Source: Myxococcota bacterium (GTDB lineage Bacteria > Myxococcota_A > UBA9160 > JAFDDA01). From it: a stretch of 64,000 bases of DNA. The notes under the pieces were generated by a model, which saw only the letters and a list, made by a program, of their open reading frames with translations, ran no database searches and was not told the origin of the DNA. Shown in pieces: positions 9,838 to 23,374 of the stretch. The translations under genes were made by a program, and so were the position numbers. The stretch lies in NCBI GenBank assembly GCA_965228475.1, contig OZ245817.1:2016001-2080000 (forward strand), in the 5' to 3' direction. Position 1 is the first letter of the stretch. The number at the start of each line of letters is the position of its first letter.

Positions 9838-10305
9838 GTGGAGTCCGAAGCCAAAACTCGGCGCGAAGCCCGCCGGAGCCGCGCCTCCGGGGATCGCCCC
9901 AGGAGCGGATTCACGCTCTGGTGGGCGGGCCTGCTGACGGGGATCCTGCTCTGCGGCTCCCTGACGCTCGTTTCGCCGGGCGGGCCCGGGCTGGTCTCGA
10001 TCGTCTCGCCGCTCCCGGGCGAGGTGGTGGGCCTGGCCGGGGTGGACGTCATGGCGCGCGTGCCGAGCGACCCGCGGGTCGTTCCCATGAGCGTCCGCGT
10101 CCTCCTGAATGGGGCGGATGTCACCCACCTGCTCACCGCCGGCAAGAACGGCGCCGTGGGACAGCTCGTCGGGCTGCTGGACGGCGAGAACGTCCTGCGG
10201 GTGGAGGTCGAGGCCGCCTCCTGGTGGTTCGACGGCCGCCCGTACGAGTCCGCCCGGGAGGTTCGCTTCCTCTCCCGCCGGCCCCTGGACCTCGACCGCG
10301 GCTAG
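9838..10305 (+). CDS. Hypothetical membrane-anchored protein with beta-rich (Ig-like) domain
   Basis: GTG 9838 after GGAGG; basic N-terminus, hydrophobic helix, then VRVLLNGADVT...LLDGENVLRVEV beta pattern; GC-rich codon usage fits coding. Confidence 0.7.
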   Translation: MESEAKTRREARRSRASGDRPRSGFTLWWAGLLTGILLCGSLTLVSPGGPGLVSIVSPLPGEVVGLAGVDVMARVPSDPRVVPMSVRVLLNGADVTHLLTAGKNGAVGQLVGLLDGENVLRVEVEAASWWFDGRPYESAREVRFLSRRPLDLDRG

Positions 10306-10371
10306 CACGGCCTCCGTGGGCCGCCCCACGCCCATCCCCCGAAAATCTCTGCAAAAAACCGCCGGGTCGGT

Positions 10372-10400
10372 TTGACACACCCCCCGGTGGACCCCAGGGT
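10372..10400 (+). promoter_or_regulatory. Putative sigma70-type promoter of the dnaK operon
   Basis: TTGACA (10372-10377), 17 nt, CAGGGT; A-rich tract upstream. Confidence 0.5.
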
Positions 10401-10480
10401 TCCGGCCGGATTTGCGCCCCGTGGTGGGCGAAGCGCGACCGGGCCGCCCCGCGGCCCCGGAATCAGAACCAGGAGGAATC

Positions 10481-12409
<1,929 letters not shown>

Positions 12410-12801
12410 CTGGAACGGCAACCCTCGGATCCCTTCGCTCCGCTGTTCGGCGACGACGCCGGGCGGCCGGACGACCGCTGGCGCCCGCCGGTGGACGTCT
12501 ACGAGACGGAGAAGGCGCTCGTCGTCCGCGTGGCCGTCGCGGGGGTGCGCAGCGGCGACCTGCGCGTCCTCGTCGAAGGGGAGCGGCTGTGCGTGCGCGG
12601 CGTCCGGAGCCAGCCGAGCGGCGGCCAGGACGTGCTGCGTCACCACCAGCTCGAGATCGAGCCCGGACCCTTCGAGGCGCGCGTGCGTCTGCCCGCGTCG
12701 ATCGAGAAGAGCGAGGTTCAGGCGAACCTCGAGGACGGCGTGCTGACCGTGCGGCTGCCCAAGCGAGCCCCGCGCCGGATCGACGTCCGATCGGAATCCG
12801 A

Positions 12802-12805
<4 letters not shown>
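12410..12805 (+). CDS. Small heat shock protein (Hsp20/alpha-crystallin family); probable CTG start at 12410
   Basis: WRPPVDVYETE, GPFEARVRLP, ANLEDGVLTVRLPK; the conserved WRPP lies upstream of the first GTG (12491). Confidence 0.9.
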
Positions 12806-15243
<2,438 letters not shown>

Positions 15244-15247
15244 CGGG

Positions 15248-16213
15248 GTGGCGCGCAAGCCCCGGCCGTCGTCCTTCGCCGCGCTGTCGGTGGCGGCCCT
15301 CGCGCTCCTGGCCCAGGGCTGCGTCTCCACCGAGACCTACGAACTCGTCCTCGCCGAGCGCGACCAGCTGCTCACCGAGCGCACGAACCTCCAGGGCCGG
15401 GTCCGAAGCCTCGAAGGCGAGAAGCGGCGCCTCCTCAGCTCGAACGAGAGTCTTTCGAACGAGCGCCGGCAGCTGCTCGAGAACGTCGAGGGCCTGCGCG
15501 CGGAGCAGGAGCAGCTCCAGTCCGACGTCGCGGGCCTCGAGCGGACGAAGAAGAATCTCGGAGAGGAACTCGCCAAGCGCGAAGGTCAGCTCGAGGAGCG
15601 CGAAGAGCAGCTCGCCGCGCGGGCGACGGAACTCGCGACGCTCGGCGCCGAGCTCGACGCGCGCAACGCCGAACTCGACGAGCGGACCCGCGAGCTCCAG
15701 GCCCGCGACGTCGAGATCGAACGGCTGAAGGCGAGCTACGAGGCTTTCGTCTCGGATCTCGAAGCGGAGATCGCCGACGGGCAGATCGTGATCGACCAGC
15801 TCCGCGAGGGGATGCTCGTGAACCTGCCCGACGCGCAGTTCTTCCCGCCGGACTCCGTCGATCTGACCCTGCACGGCAAGCAGACCCTGGCGAAGGTCGC
15901 GGCGCAGATCCGCGCGATGCCGCACGAGGTCGAGGTCCAGGGCCACACGGACGACGTGCCGCCGCCCGAGGCCCTGATCGAGCGCTTCCCCTCCGGCTGG
16001 GACGTCGCCGCCGCGCGCGCCACCGCGGTGCTCCGCCAGCTCGTCGCCCACGGCATCGCTCCGGACCGGATCCGCGCCGTCTCCTACGGGAGCGCGCGCC
16101 CCATCGCGCCGAACGACACGGCGACGGATCGGGCGCGCAACCGGCGGATCGAGATCCGGCTGATCCCGGCGGTCGCGAGCCCCCAGCGGCCCCTCGCCGC
16201 CACCTCTCGCTGA
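15248..16213 (+). CDS. Coiled-coil lipoprotein with C-terminal OmpA/MotB-like peptidoglycan-binding domain
   Basis: Lipobox-like LAQG/C, long heptad-rich segment, VQGHTDD...ARATAV...RARNRRIEI. Confidence 0.85.
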   Translation: MARKPRPSSFAALSVAALALLAQGCVSTETYELVLAERDQLLTERTNLQGRVRSLEGEKRRLLSSNESLSNERRQLLENVEGLRAEQEQLQSDVAGLERTKKNLGEELAKREGQLEEREEQLAARATELATLGAELDARNAELDERTRELQARDVEIERLKASYEAFVSDLEAEIADGQIVIDQLREGMLVNLPDAQFFPPDSVDLTLHGKQTLAKVAAQIRAMPHEVEVQGHTDDVPPPEALIERFPSGWDVAAARATAVLRQLVAHGIAPDRIRAVSYGSARPIAPNDTATDRARNRRIEIRLIPAVASPQRPLAATSR

Positions 16214-16225
16214 AAGCCCGGCCCG

Positions 16226-17551
16226 GTGCCGCTCCCGCGCGAGCGTCTCGAAGCGTACTTCCGCGCGGGCCTCACCGCGGTGGATGCCGGGCATGCCGTC
16301 CGCGGCGTGGTCACGAAGGGCGCCGACGGCTCGCTCCAGCTCGCAGGACGGCCGCTTCCCGACGCCGCGCCCCTGGTCGTGCTCGCGGCGGGGAAGGGCG
16401 CCGTGCCGATGGCCGACGCCCTGTGCGAGGCGCTGCCGGGCCGCGCGCTGCGCGGACTCGTCGTCACGAAGGAAGGCCACGGCCGCGCGGCTTCCGGGCT
16501 CGAGACGCGGGAGTCGGCCCATCCCGTCCCCGACGATCGAAGCGAAGCCGCCGGCCGCGCGGCGCTCGACCTGGTCGCGTTGGGCGCGCCCGGGGAATGC
16601 CTGGTCGTGCTGCTCTCGGGCGGTGCATCCGCCCTCCTCGCGTGCCCCGCGCCCGGCCTCACCCTCTCGGACGTCTCCGAGACCACGGACCTCCTGCTCG
16701 CGAGCGGCGCCGACATCGAGGCGATGAACGTCGTGCGCAAGCACCTCTCGGCCGTGGGAGGCGGCAGGCTCGCGCAGGCGTGGCGTGGCGGTCCGATCTT
16801 CCTGCTCGCCGTTTCCGACGTTCCCGGCGACCGGCTCGACGTGATCGGCTCGGGCCCGTGCAGTGCGGACCCGAGCTCCTTCTCCGATGCATGGGGCGTG
16901 GTCGAAGCCTTCGGGCTCGCGCGTGCACTCCCGGAGCGGGTGAGGCGACACCTCGAAGCGGGCTGCCGCGGCGAGATCGACGAGACGCCCAAGCGGCTCG
17001 CGGGCGCGCACGCCGCGGTGATCGCGTCGAACGAACGTGCCCTCGCAGCGGTGGAGTCGGCGGCACGCGCGGACGGCCTCCGCGTGGTGAGATCGCAAGA
17101 ACCCCTGGAAGGCGAGGCCCGGGAGGCCGCCGCCCGGGCTCTCTCGGAGGCCCGGGCCGCAGCCCGCGAAGGGCCGTGCCTCTGGCTGGCCGGCGGCGAG
17201 ACCACGGTCCGTCTCGAAGTGCCGGAGGGCCTCACGCTCGGGCGGGGCGGACGGAATCAGGAGCTCGCCCTCGCGGCCGCCCGGGCGATCGACGGCGACG
17301 GCCGGGTCTCGTTGCTCGCGGTCGGCACCGATGGCACCGACGGGCCGACGGACGCCGCCGGCGCCTTCGCCGACGGCGGCACGGTCGAGCGCGCCCGCGC
17401 GCTCGGCCGGGACGCCTCGGACGCCCTCGCGCGGCACGACGCCTACGCCTTCTTCGACGCCGAAGGCGGCCTCCTCCGCACCGGCCCGACCGGCACGAAC
17501 GTGATGGACCTCCTGCTGATCAGCACTGACCAGGGGGACGTTCCTGCCTAG
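16226..17551 (+). CDS. Glycerate kinase type II (TtuD/MOFRL family)
   Basis: AAGKGA, HPVPD, LLSGGASAL, VRKHLSAVGGG, GGETTV, GRGGRNQE, GTDGTDGPTDAAGA, TGPTGTNVMD. Confidence 0.93.
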   Translation: MPLPRERLEAYFRAGLTAVDAGHAVRGVVTKGADGSLQLAGRPLPDAAPLVVLAAGKGAVPMADALCEALPGRALRGLVVTKEGHGRAASGLETRESAHPVPDDRSEAAGRAALDLVALGAPGECLVVLLSGGASALLACPAPGLTLSDVSETTDLLLASGADIEAMNVVRKHLSAVGGGRLAQAWRGGPIFLLAVSDVPGDRLDVIGSGPCSADPSSFSDAWGVVEAFGLARALPERVRRHLEAGCRGEIDETPKRLAGAHAAVIASNERALAAVESAARADGLRVVRSQEPLEGEAREAAARALSEARAAAREGPCLWLAGGETTVRLEVPEGLTLGRGGRNQELALAAARAIDGDGRVSLLAVGTDGTDGPTDAAGAFADGGTVERARALGRDASDALARHDAYAFFDAEGGLLRTGPTGTNVMDLLLISTDQGDVPA

Positions 17552-17587
17552 CTCGGAGAGCTAGGCAGGAACGTCCCCCTGGTCAGT
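17525..17587. repeat. Perfect 30-bp inverted repeat with 3-nt loop (REP/MITE-like hairpin)
   Basis: actgaccagggggacgttcctgcctagctc-gga-gagctaggcaggaacgtccccctggtcagt; the arms are exact reverse complements. Confidence 0.95.
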
Positions 17588-17639
17588 CCGGGCTGGGCGC
17601 TATCGTCCAGGGGAAGCGCCGGAGGCCCGAAACTTCCCC

Positions 17640-19010
17640 ATGTCCCGATCCGAGGCTGACGGCGCGAGTCCCTTCGCACTCGCGCACCGTTTCGTGGTGC
17701 TGCTCGGCATGATCTTCCGCGCCGCGGTGGTCTACCTGCGGCTCGTCTTCGACACCCGCGGCTGGTGGAAGATGACGCCGGAGAAGCGCATCGAGATCCA
17801 GCGGGCCTTCGCCGCCCGCTTCGTGCGCGTGGCGACCCGGTTCCGCGGCGCGCTGATCAAGGTCGGGCAGGTCGCGAGCCTGCGCATCGACGTCGTCCCC
17901 GAAGAGGTCACCGACGAGCTCGCCACCCTCCAGGATCAGGTCGAACCGCACCCCTTCGAGGAGATCGACCGGCAGATCCGCTCCGAGCTCGGCCGGCCCG
18001 CCCGCGAAGTCTTCGCGAGCTTCGAGGACACCCCGATCGCTTCGGCGAGTCTCGGCCAGGTCCACCGCGCGACCGACGGCGAGGGACGTCCGCTTGCGGT
18101 CAAGGTGCTCTACCCGGGCATCGAGCGGGAGGTCGCGGTCGACGTGGCGGCCACGCGCATCGGGCTCTGGCTCTTCAACTGGCTGGTGGTCGCCGATCTC
18201 ACCCAGGTCTACCGGGAACTCCGCCGCAGCATCCTCGGCGAGATGGACTACGTGCGGGAGGGGAAGGCCGCCGAAGAGGTCGCGGCGAACCTGGCGAAGG
18301 ATCCGGCGGTCGCGGAGCGGGTCCGCATCCCGAAGATCCACTGGGAGACCACGACCCAGCGCGTGCTGACCATGGAGTTCCTCGAGGGCACGAAGGTCAA
18401 CGACACCGCGACGCTCGAGGCCTGGGGGCTCGACGTGAACGACGTCGTTTCCTGGGCGACCCGCGCCTTCCTGCACATGATGCTGCGCGACGGCTTCTTC
18501 CACTGCGACCCGCATCCGGGAAATCTGCTCGTCGACCGCGAGGGCCGGCTCGGCATCGTCGACTTCGGCATGAACGCGCGGATCGCGGCGCCCCTGCGCG
18601 AGGCGATCCGCAAGAACCTGATGGCCTCGATCCAGCGCGACCCCGAGGCCTACGTGGATTCGCTGCTCGAGGTGGGTTTCATCGGCCCCTCGGACCGCGA
18701 GGCGGCCGTCGGCCTCGCGCGCATGGGCTTCGACCCGCGCTACTACAACCTCACGCCGGCCGAAGCCATGAACATCGACCTCGGGGAATACATCTCCGAG
18801 ATGCGCGCCAACATGAAGAAGATCAAGAGCTTCCAACTGCCCGACGGCATCGTGATGCTCGGGCGCGCGATCAACCTGCTCTACGCCCTGGCGCTCGAGC
18901 TCGCCCCCGGCATCCGGCCGCTCGAGGTGGTCGGCCCCTACGTGCTCGAGTTCATGGCCGGCGGGCTGCCCAAGCCCGCGCCGGCGGACTCCGCGGCCGC
19001 TTCGGGCTGA
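17640..19010 (+). CDS. ABC1/AarF/UbiB family atypical kinase
   Basis: IKVGQ, PIASASLGQVHRA, AVKVLYPG, FFHCDPHPGN, DFGM. Confidence 0.93.
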   Translation: MSRSEADGASPFALAHRFVVLLGMIFRAAVVYLRLVFDTRGWWKMTPEKRIEIQRAFAARFVRVATRFRGALIKVGQVASLRIDVVPEEVTDELATLQDQVEPHPFEEIDRQIRSELGRPAREVFASFEDTPIASASLGQVHRATDGEGRPLAVKVLYPGIEREVAVDVAATRIGLWLFNWLVVADLTQVYRELRRSILGEMDYVREGKAAEEVAANLAKDPAVAERVRIPKIHWETTTQRVLTMEFLEGTKVNDTATLEAWGLDVNDVVSWATRAFLHMMLRDGFFHCDPHPGNLLVDREGRLGIVDFGMNARIAAPLREAIRKNLMASIQRDPEAYVDSLLEVGFIGPSDREAAVGLARMGFDPRYYNLTPAEAMNIDLGEYISEMRANMKKIKSFQLPDGIVMLGRAINLLYALALELAPGIRPLEVVGPYVLEFMAGGLPKPAPADSAAASG

Positions 19011-19534
19011 GCGGCCCGCCAGACGCGACGTCGGATCCGAAAGAGGACCCGGCCTTCCGCATCGGTCCCTTCGCGCTTCGCGCCGATCTTCTCGGCGGCG
19101 CGCTGGGAGCGGCGGTTCTCGGGGGCGATCAGCAGGATCACCGAGTCCACCCAGCGGAAGGCGTGGTCGAGCATCAGCCGCTTCATCTCGCCGTTGAAGT
19201 CGCCGCCCCAGTGGGAGCGCGCGAGGAAGGTCCAGCCGATCTCGACCTCCCGTTTCACCGGATCATGGCCGTGGAAGCGGGACGTCCCGACCACGACGCG
19301 GCTCTCGATGTCTCGGGCGAGCAGGGCGCCGCCCGAGGCGAGCGCGTCCTCGAAGAAGGCCCGGAAGACGGATTCCTCGTGGCGGTCGCTCGCCGGGTGC
19401 TGGGCCCAGACGCCGGGGTCGCTCGCGGCGGCGTAGAGGTCCGCGAAGTCGACCTCGCGCAGGGGACGGAGCTCGATCAGCGACCCGCGCAGGATGGGCT
19501 GGGCGTCGAAGCCCTTCGCGGGCTCGGAGGCCAC
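18938..19534 (-). CDS. GNAT family N-acetyltransferase (RimL-like)
   Basis: IELRPL, VEIGWTFLARSHWG, EMKRLMLDHAF, NRRSQRAAEKIGA; 3' end overlaps the aarF end by 73 bp. Confidence 0.88.
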   Translation of the reverse strand: MASEPAKGFDAQPILRGSLIELRPLREVDFADLYAAASDPGVWAQHPASDRHEESVFRAFFEDALASGGALLARDIESRVVVGTSRFHGHDPVKREVEIGWTFLARSHWGGDFNGEMKRLMLDHAFRWVDSVILLIAPENRRSQRAAEKIGAKREGTDAEGRVLFRIRRRVWRAAQPEAAAESAGAGLGSPPAMNSST

Positions 19535-19544
19535 GCCGGGTCTC

Positions 19545-20444
19545 TCAGGTCCGAGACGCGTCGAAGATGCTCTGGATCGACGCGTCGAGCGTGGCGTCGA
19601 ACTCGGCCTCGCTCTGCTGCGCGGAGAGCCCCTCGGTGAGCGCGCGGCTGAAGCTCGCGATCATGCGCGGATTGCGCGCGAGGCGGGCGTTCGCGTCGTC
19701 GCGCGTGTAGCCGCCGGAGAGCGCCACGACGCGCAGCATGCGCGGATGGTCGATGCACTCGCCGTAGAAGCCGTCCTCTTCCGGGAGGGTCAGCTTGAAC
19801 ATGACCTGGGTCTCGGCGGGCAGGGCGTCGAGGCCGGCGAGCAGGTGCCGCTTGAGCGTCACCTCGGCCTCGGCCTTCTTCGGGCTGTGGATGTCGACCT
19901 CGGGCTCGAGGATCGGGACGAGCCCCGCCGCCGCGATCTGCCGCCCGACGGCGAACTGCTGATCGACGATGGCCTCGATGCCCTTGGCGTCGTCGGTCTT
20001 GATGACCGAGCGCATCTTGGTGCCGAAGACGCCGTGCTCCCGGGCGCGGGCGAGGAGCGCGTCGAGGTCCGGCATCGGCTTCATGAGCTGGACGCCGTCG
20101 GCCTCGTCGGCGAGGCCCTTGTCGACCTTCAGGAAGGGCACGACGTTCTTCTCGTTCCAGAGGTACTCGGCCGTGGCCCGGCCCTCGATGGTCCGGTCCA
20201 TCGTCATCTCGAAGAGGATCGCGCCGAGGATCCGCGCGCCGTCGAAGGCCTTGCTCGTGATGATCCGCGTGCGCATCTCGTGGACGCGGTCGAACATCTC
20301 GGCGTCGCCCGAGTATTCGCTCTCCTCGACGCCGTAGAGGCGGAGGGCCTTCGGCGTCGAGCCGCCGCTCTGGTCGAGGGCGGCGAGGAAGCCGTCGGCG
20401 GTCCGGACCTTCTCGAGCTGTTTCGGGTCGACGCTGGCGCTCAT
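19545..20444 (-). CDS. fda: Fructose-1,6-bisphosphate aldolase class I, bacterial type
   Basis: ATG 20444; [56 protein letters not shown]. Confidence 0.93.
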   Translation of the reverse strand: MSASVDPKQLEKVRTADGFLAALDQSGGSTPKALRLYGVEESEYSGDAEMFDRVHEMRTRIITSKAFDGARILGAILFEMTMDRTIEGRATAEYLWNEKNVVPFLKVDKGLADEADGVQLMKPMPDLDALLARAREHGVFGTKMRSVIKTDDAKGIEAIVDQQFAVGRQIAAAGLVPILEPEVDIHSPKKAEAEVTLKRHLLAGLDALPAETQVMFKLTLPEEDGFYGECIDHPRMLRVVALSGGYTRDDANARLARNPRMIASFSRALTEGLSAQQSEAEFDATLDASIQSIFDASRT

Positions 20445-20591
20445 GGGTGTCCTCGCTCCTGGCTGGGGGCTCGAAAGCCGCCCGATTTTCGCCGAGATGG
20501 GGAGTGGGGTCAACGGAGCCCGGAGCGCCGCGCCGTCGCGCTTCGAAGCGATGCTAGGCTCGGCCCGCCCCATCGCAGGAGATGCACGCCC

Positions 20592-21074
20592 ATGTCCATT
20601 TCGGCTGACGACTTCCGCCAGGCCCTCGCCTCCTGGGCCAGCGGCGTCACGATCGTGACCTCGCGCGAGGGCGACGCGATCCACGGCATGACGGTCAGCG
20701 CCTTCTCGAGCGTGTCCCTCGACCCGCCGCTGGTGCTGGTGTGCGCCGACAAGACCTCGGACACCCACGGCTTGATCGCCGAGTCCGGCTGCTTCGGCGT
20801 GAACGTGCTGACCCAGGAGCAGGAGGCGCTCTCGAACCGCTTCGCGGTCAAGAAGGATGAGCACCTCCGCTTCGAGGGCGTCGAATACTCGTCGGCCGAG
20901 ACCGGCGCGCCGCTCTTCGACGAGGCCCTCGTCGCCATCGATTGCGAGGTCGAGGCGGCCCACGACGCCGGCGACCACGTGATCTACGTCGGCCGCGTGC
21001 GCGCGCTCCGGTGCAACGAGGGCGAGCCGCTCCTGTACTTCAGCGGGCGGTACCGCGCGCTCCGCGAGGCGTAG
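20592..21074 (+). CDS. Flavin reductase-like protein
   Basis: [46 protein letters not shown]. Confidence 0.93.
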   Translation: MSISADDFRQALASWASGVTIVTSREGDAIHGMTVSAFSSVSLDPPLVLVCADKTSDTHGLIAESGCFGVNVLTQEQEALSNRFAVKKDEHLRFEGVEYSSAETGAPLFDEALVAIDCEVEAAHDAGDHVIYVGRVRALRCNEGEPLLYFSGRYRALREA

Positions 21075-21076
21075 GG

Positions 21077-21745
21077 GTGGGAGAGCGGGTCCGCCTGACG
21101 GTCTGGTCGGACTACCTCTGTCCGTGGTGCTTCAACGCCTCGGTTCGCGTCGAGCGATTGCAGGACGAGTTCGGCGACGACCTCGAGGTCGAGTGGCGGA
21201 GCTTCCTGCTGCGCCCGCATCCGCGCGGCGGGGCGCCGGCCTTTCCGAGCGAAGACGACCCGCCGCGGCGCGTCTCCCTCGCGAGCCTCGAGAAGTTCCG
21301 CGCCTACACGCGGAGCTGGGAACGCCCCGGCGCCGAAGAGGATGCCGGCACCTTCCGCTACTGGGACGGCGAGACGCCGCCGCCCTCGCACAGCGTCCCG
21401 TCCCACGTGGCGGCGAAGGCGGCCGCGAGCCTCGGGCCCGAGGCCTTCCGCGCCCTCCACCGGCGCCTGCTCGAGGCGTACTTCACCGAGAACCGCGACA
21501 TCAGCGACCGCTCGACCCTGCGCGCGCTGTGGAAGGAAGCCGGGATCGACGACGCGGACTTCGAACGCTGCGACGATCCGGCGCTGCTCGCCGAGACGCT
21601 GCGCCAGCATGAGGAGGCCCTGGCCTCGGGGGTGACCGGCGCGCCGACGATCCGCATGGAAGGCAACGACGCGCTCATCCTCGGCGCGAACCCGCTGCCG
21701 CTCTACCGACGCTGGGTCGAACGCAAGCTCGCGGGTGAGATCTGA
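21077..21745 (+). CDS. DsbA/FrnE-like thioredoxin-fold oxidoreductase
   Basis: [10 protein letters not shown] motif, GVTGAPT cis-Pro loop; no signal peptide. Confidence 0.88.
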   Translation: MGERVRLTVWSDYLCPWCFNASVRVERLQDEFGDDLEVEWRSFLLRPHPRGGAPAFPSEDDPPRRVSLASLEKFRAYTRSWERPGAEEDAGTFRYWDGETPPPSHSVPSHVAAKAAASLGPEAFRALHRRLLEAYFTENRDISDRSTLRALWKEAGIDDADFERCDDPALLAETLRQHEEALASGVTGAPTIRMEGNDALILGANPLPLYRRWVERKLAGEI

Positions 21746-21763
21746 TCGGTCGGGAAGAGAAGG

Positions 21764-21850
21764 TGGTGCGGCGGAGAGGATTCGAACCTCCACGGGGTTG
21801 CCCCCGCCAGCCCCTCAAGCTGGTGCGTCTACCAATTCCGCCACCGCCGC
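21764..21850 (-). tRNA. tRNA-Leu (anticodon GAG)
   Basis: Reverse complement GCGGCGGTGGCGGAATTGGTAGACGCACCAGCTTGAGGGGCTGG...GGAGGTTCGAATCCTCTCCGCCGCACCA; long variable arm, encoded CCA. Confidence 0.97.
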
Positions 21851-21928
21851 ACGGCGCGCCCAGGCCGGGCGCGGCGGGACCATACCGGATCCCGGCCCGC
21901 GCGGCAGCCAGCCCAGGCCTCGAAACGG

Positions 21929-21963
21929 GAAAGGCCCGCGACGAGTTCCGTCGCGGGCCTTTC
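21929..21963 (-). terminator. Intrinsic terminator after the PEP-CTERM gene
   Basis: gaaaggcccgcgacg-agttc-cgtcgcgggcctttc 15-bp stem; the minus strand reads tttcccgtttc at the stem base and beyond. Confidence 0.75.
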
Positions 21964-21987
21964 GGAATCCGGGCTGGCTGGAACCGC

Positions 21988-22722
21988 TCAGGCGCGGCGT
22001 GCCTTCCGCGCGATCGCCAAGCCGACGAAACCGAGCGCGAGCAGCCCACCGGTGGCCGGCTCCGGCAGGGGCAGCACGACGAAGTTGCTGGTGAACGACG
22101 CCGAGTCCCCGGCCGTGAGCGTGAAGTCGAGCCGGATCGCGATCGACGTCAGCGCCGGCGGGCCCGCCTGGCTCGGGATCGGGGTTCCGTAGGCGAGGCT
22201 CGGGACGTTCACGCTGAGGAACCCGCCCGCGGAGTAGGAGGTCGGGTCGTCGTACAGGGTCTGCACGGAAGCGCCGTCGATGAGCGCCGTGTAGAAGGAG
22301 CTGCCGGTCGGCGCGGCGAGCGTCACGCCGTCGCCGTTGTTGTCCGTCGCTCCGCCCTGGATCGATCCGCCGATGACGGTTGCGCCCGGGATCGGCGGAG
22401 CGATCGGGAGCGTGAAGAGCAGGGTGAACTGCTGGGTGGTACCCGAGAGGTTGGTCAGGCCGATCACGCCGCTCACGACCGGGTCCGTGTCGACGAAGAA
22501 GTCCCACATGTCGAGACCGAGGTCTCCGATCTGGGCTCCGCTGCCGGTGCACTGAGCGGTCGGCAAGCCGCCCACGTCATCGACGCAGCCGAGCATCGCC
22601 GCACCCGCCGTCCCCTGATAGTTGCCACCTTGGAAAATGTCGAGGTCGAAGACGACCGCGCTGGCGGGAGACGCCAGAGCCACCGAGCCCAGTGCAACGA
22701 ACAACGTACGGAGAGAGCGCAT
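21988..22722 (-). CDS. PEP-CTERM sorting-domain surface protein
   Basis: ATG 22722; signal peptide ending ASPASA; Thr/Gly/Ser-rich body; C-terminal LPEPATGGLLALGFVGLAIARKARRA. Confidence 0.9.
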   Translation of the reverse strand: MRSLRTLFVALGSVALASPASAVVFDLDIFQGGNYQGTAGAAMLGCVDDVGGLPTAQCTGSGAQIGDLGLDMWDFFVDTDPVVSGVIGLTNLSGTTQQFTLLFTLPIAPPIPGATVIGGSIQGGATDNNGDGVTLAAPTGSSFYTALIDGASVQTLYDDPTSYSAGGFLSVNVPSLAYGTPIPSQAGPPALTSIAIRLDFTLTAGDSASFTSNFVVLPLPEPATGGLLALGFVGLAIARKARRA

Positions 22723-22887
22723 CCGGTCCTTCCCAGGGCTCGACAAGTGGAGCCCGAACCAACACAACGGGCCCAGTATAACCAGATGGATCAGGGCCGC
22801 GTCAGGAAAGATGGGCAAAAACGCCACAGTTGCGAGCGTTTCGCGCCCCCTGAGGGACGCTGCGGCACTCCTCAGGATGTAGAGAGG

Positions 22888-23340
22888 TCAGGACCCGGGC
22901 GGCGTGTCGAGCGGGATCTCGGGGGCCGGGGCTTCTTCGATGGCCTCGGCCGCCGGAGCCGTCGCGTCGGCGGCGGGCGCGGACTCCTCGGCCGGGACTT
23001 CCCCGAACTCGCCGAACTCACCGAAGGGCGACTCCTCGCCCTCGGGCGTGGTGGCCGGTGCTTCCTCGCCCTCGATCGTGGTGTCTTCGAAGAGCTTCTC
23101 GCCCTGGCGCGCCTCGGCGTTGAAGTAGGCCAGCGCCATGCTGGTGCACATGAACGTGATCGCCGACGCGGTGGTGATCTTCGTGAGGAAGTTCCCGGCG
23201 CCGCGGCTACCGAAGACCGTCGAGCTCGCGCCACCGCCGAAGACGGCGCCGATCTCGGCGCCCTTGCCGCGCTGGAGGAGCACGACGACGATGATCACGA
23301 GGCAGACCATCACGTGCAAAACGACGAGGAACGTACTCAC
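22888..23340 (-). CDS. secG: Preprotein translocase subunit SecG with acidic C-terminal tail
   Basis: GTG 23340 after CAGGAG; VLLQRGKGAEIGAVFGGGASSTVFGSRGAGNFLTKIT. Confidence 0.95.
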   Translation of the reverse strand: MSTFLVVLHVMVCLVIIVVVLLQRGKGAEIGAVFGGGASSTVFGSRGAGNFLTKITTASAITFMCTSMALAYFNAEARQGEKLFEDTTIEGEEAPATTPEGEESPFGEFGEFGEVPAEESAPAADATAPAAEAIEEAPAPEIPLDTPPGS

Positions 23341-23374
23341 TGCGATCTCCTGGGGGCCCGGCTTCGGGCCGACG

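Noticed and set aside
10302..10330. CTAGCAC upstream of dnaK as a possible CIRCE
   Set aside because: No matching GAGTGCTAA half-site at 9-nt spacing.
15248..16213. Flagellar stator motB
   Set aside because: No motA partner and no MotB TM Asp motif; it has a lipobox, so it was called an OmpA/MotB-like lipoprotein.
18938..19010. 73-bp convergent overlap between aarF and the GNAT gene
   Set aside because: Both tails are low-complexity run-ons, common in GC-rich genomes; no evidence of function.
21745..21790. tRNA-Leu 3' end as an integration site
   Set aside because: No integrase and no duplicated tRNA 3' fragment noticed in the window.
22900..23060. FGEFGEFGE and Ala/Glu/Pro repeats in the SecG tail
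   Set aside because: Low-complexity disordered tails are common in SecG; not a DNA repeat element.
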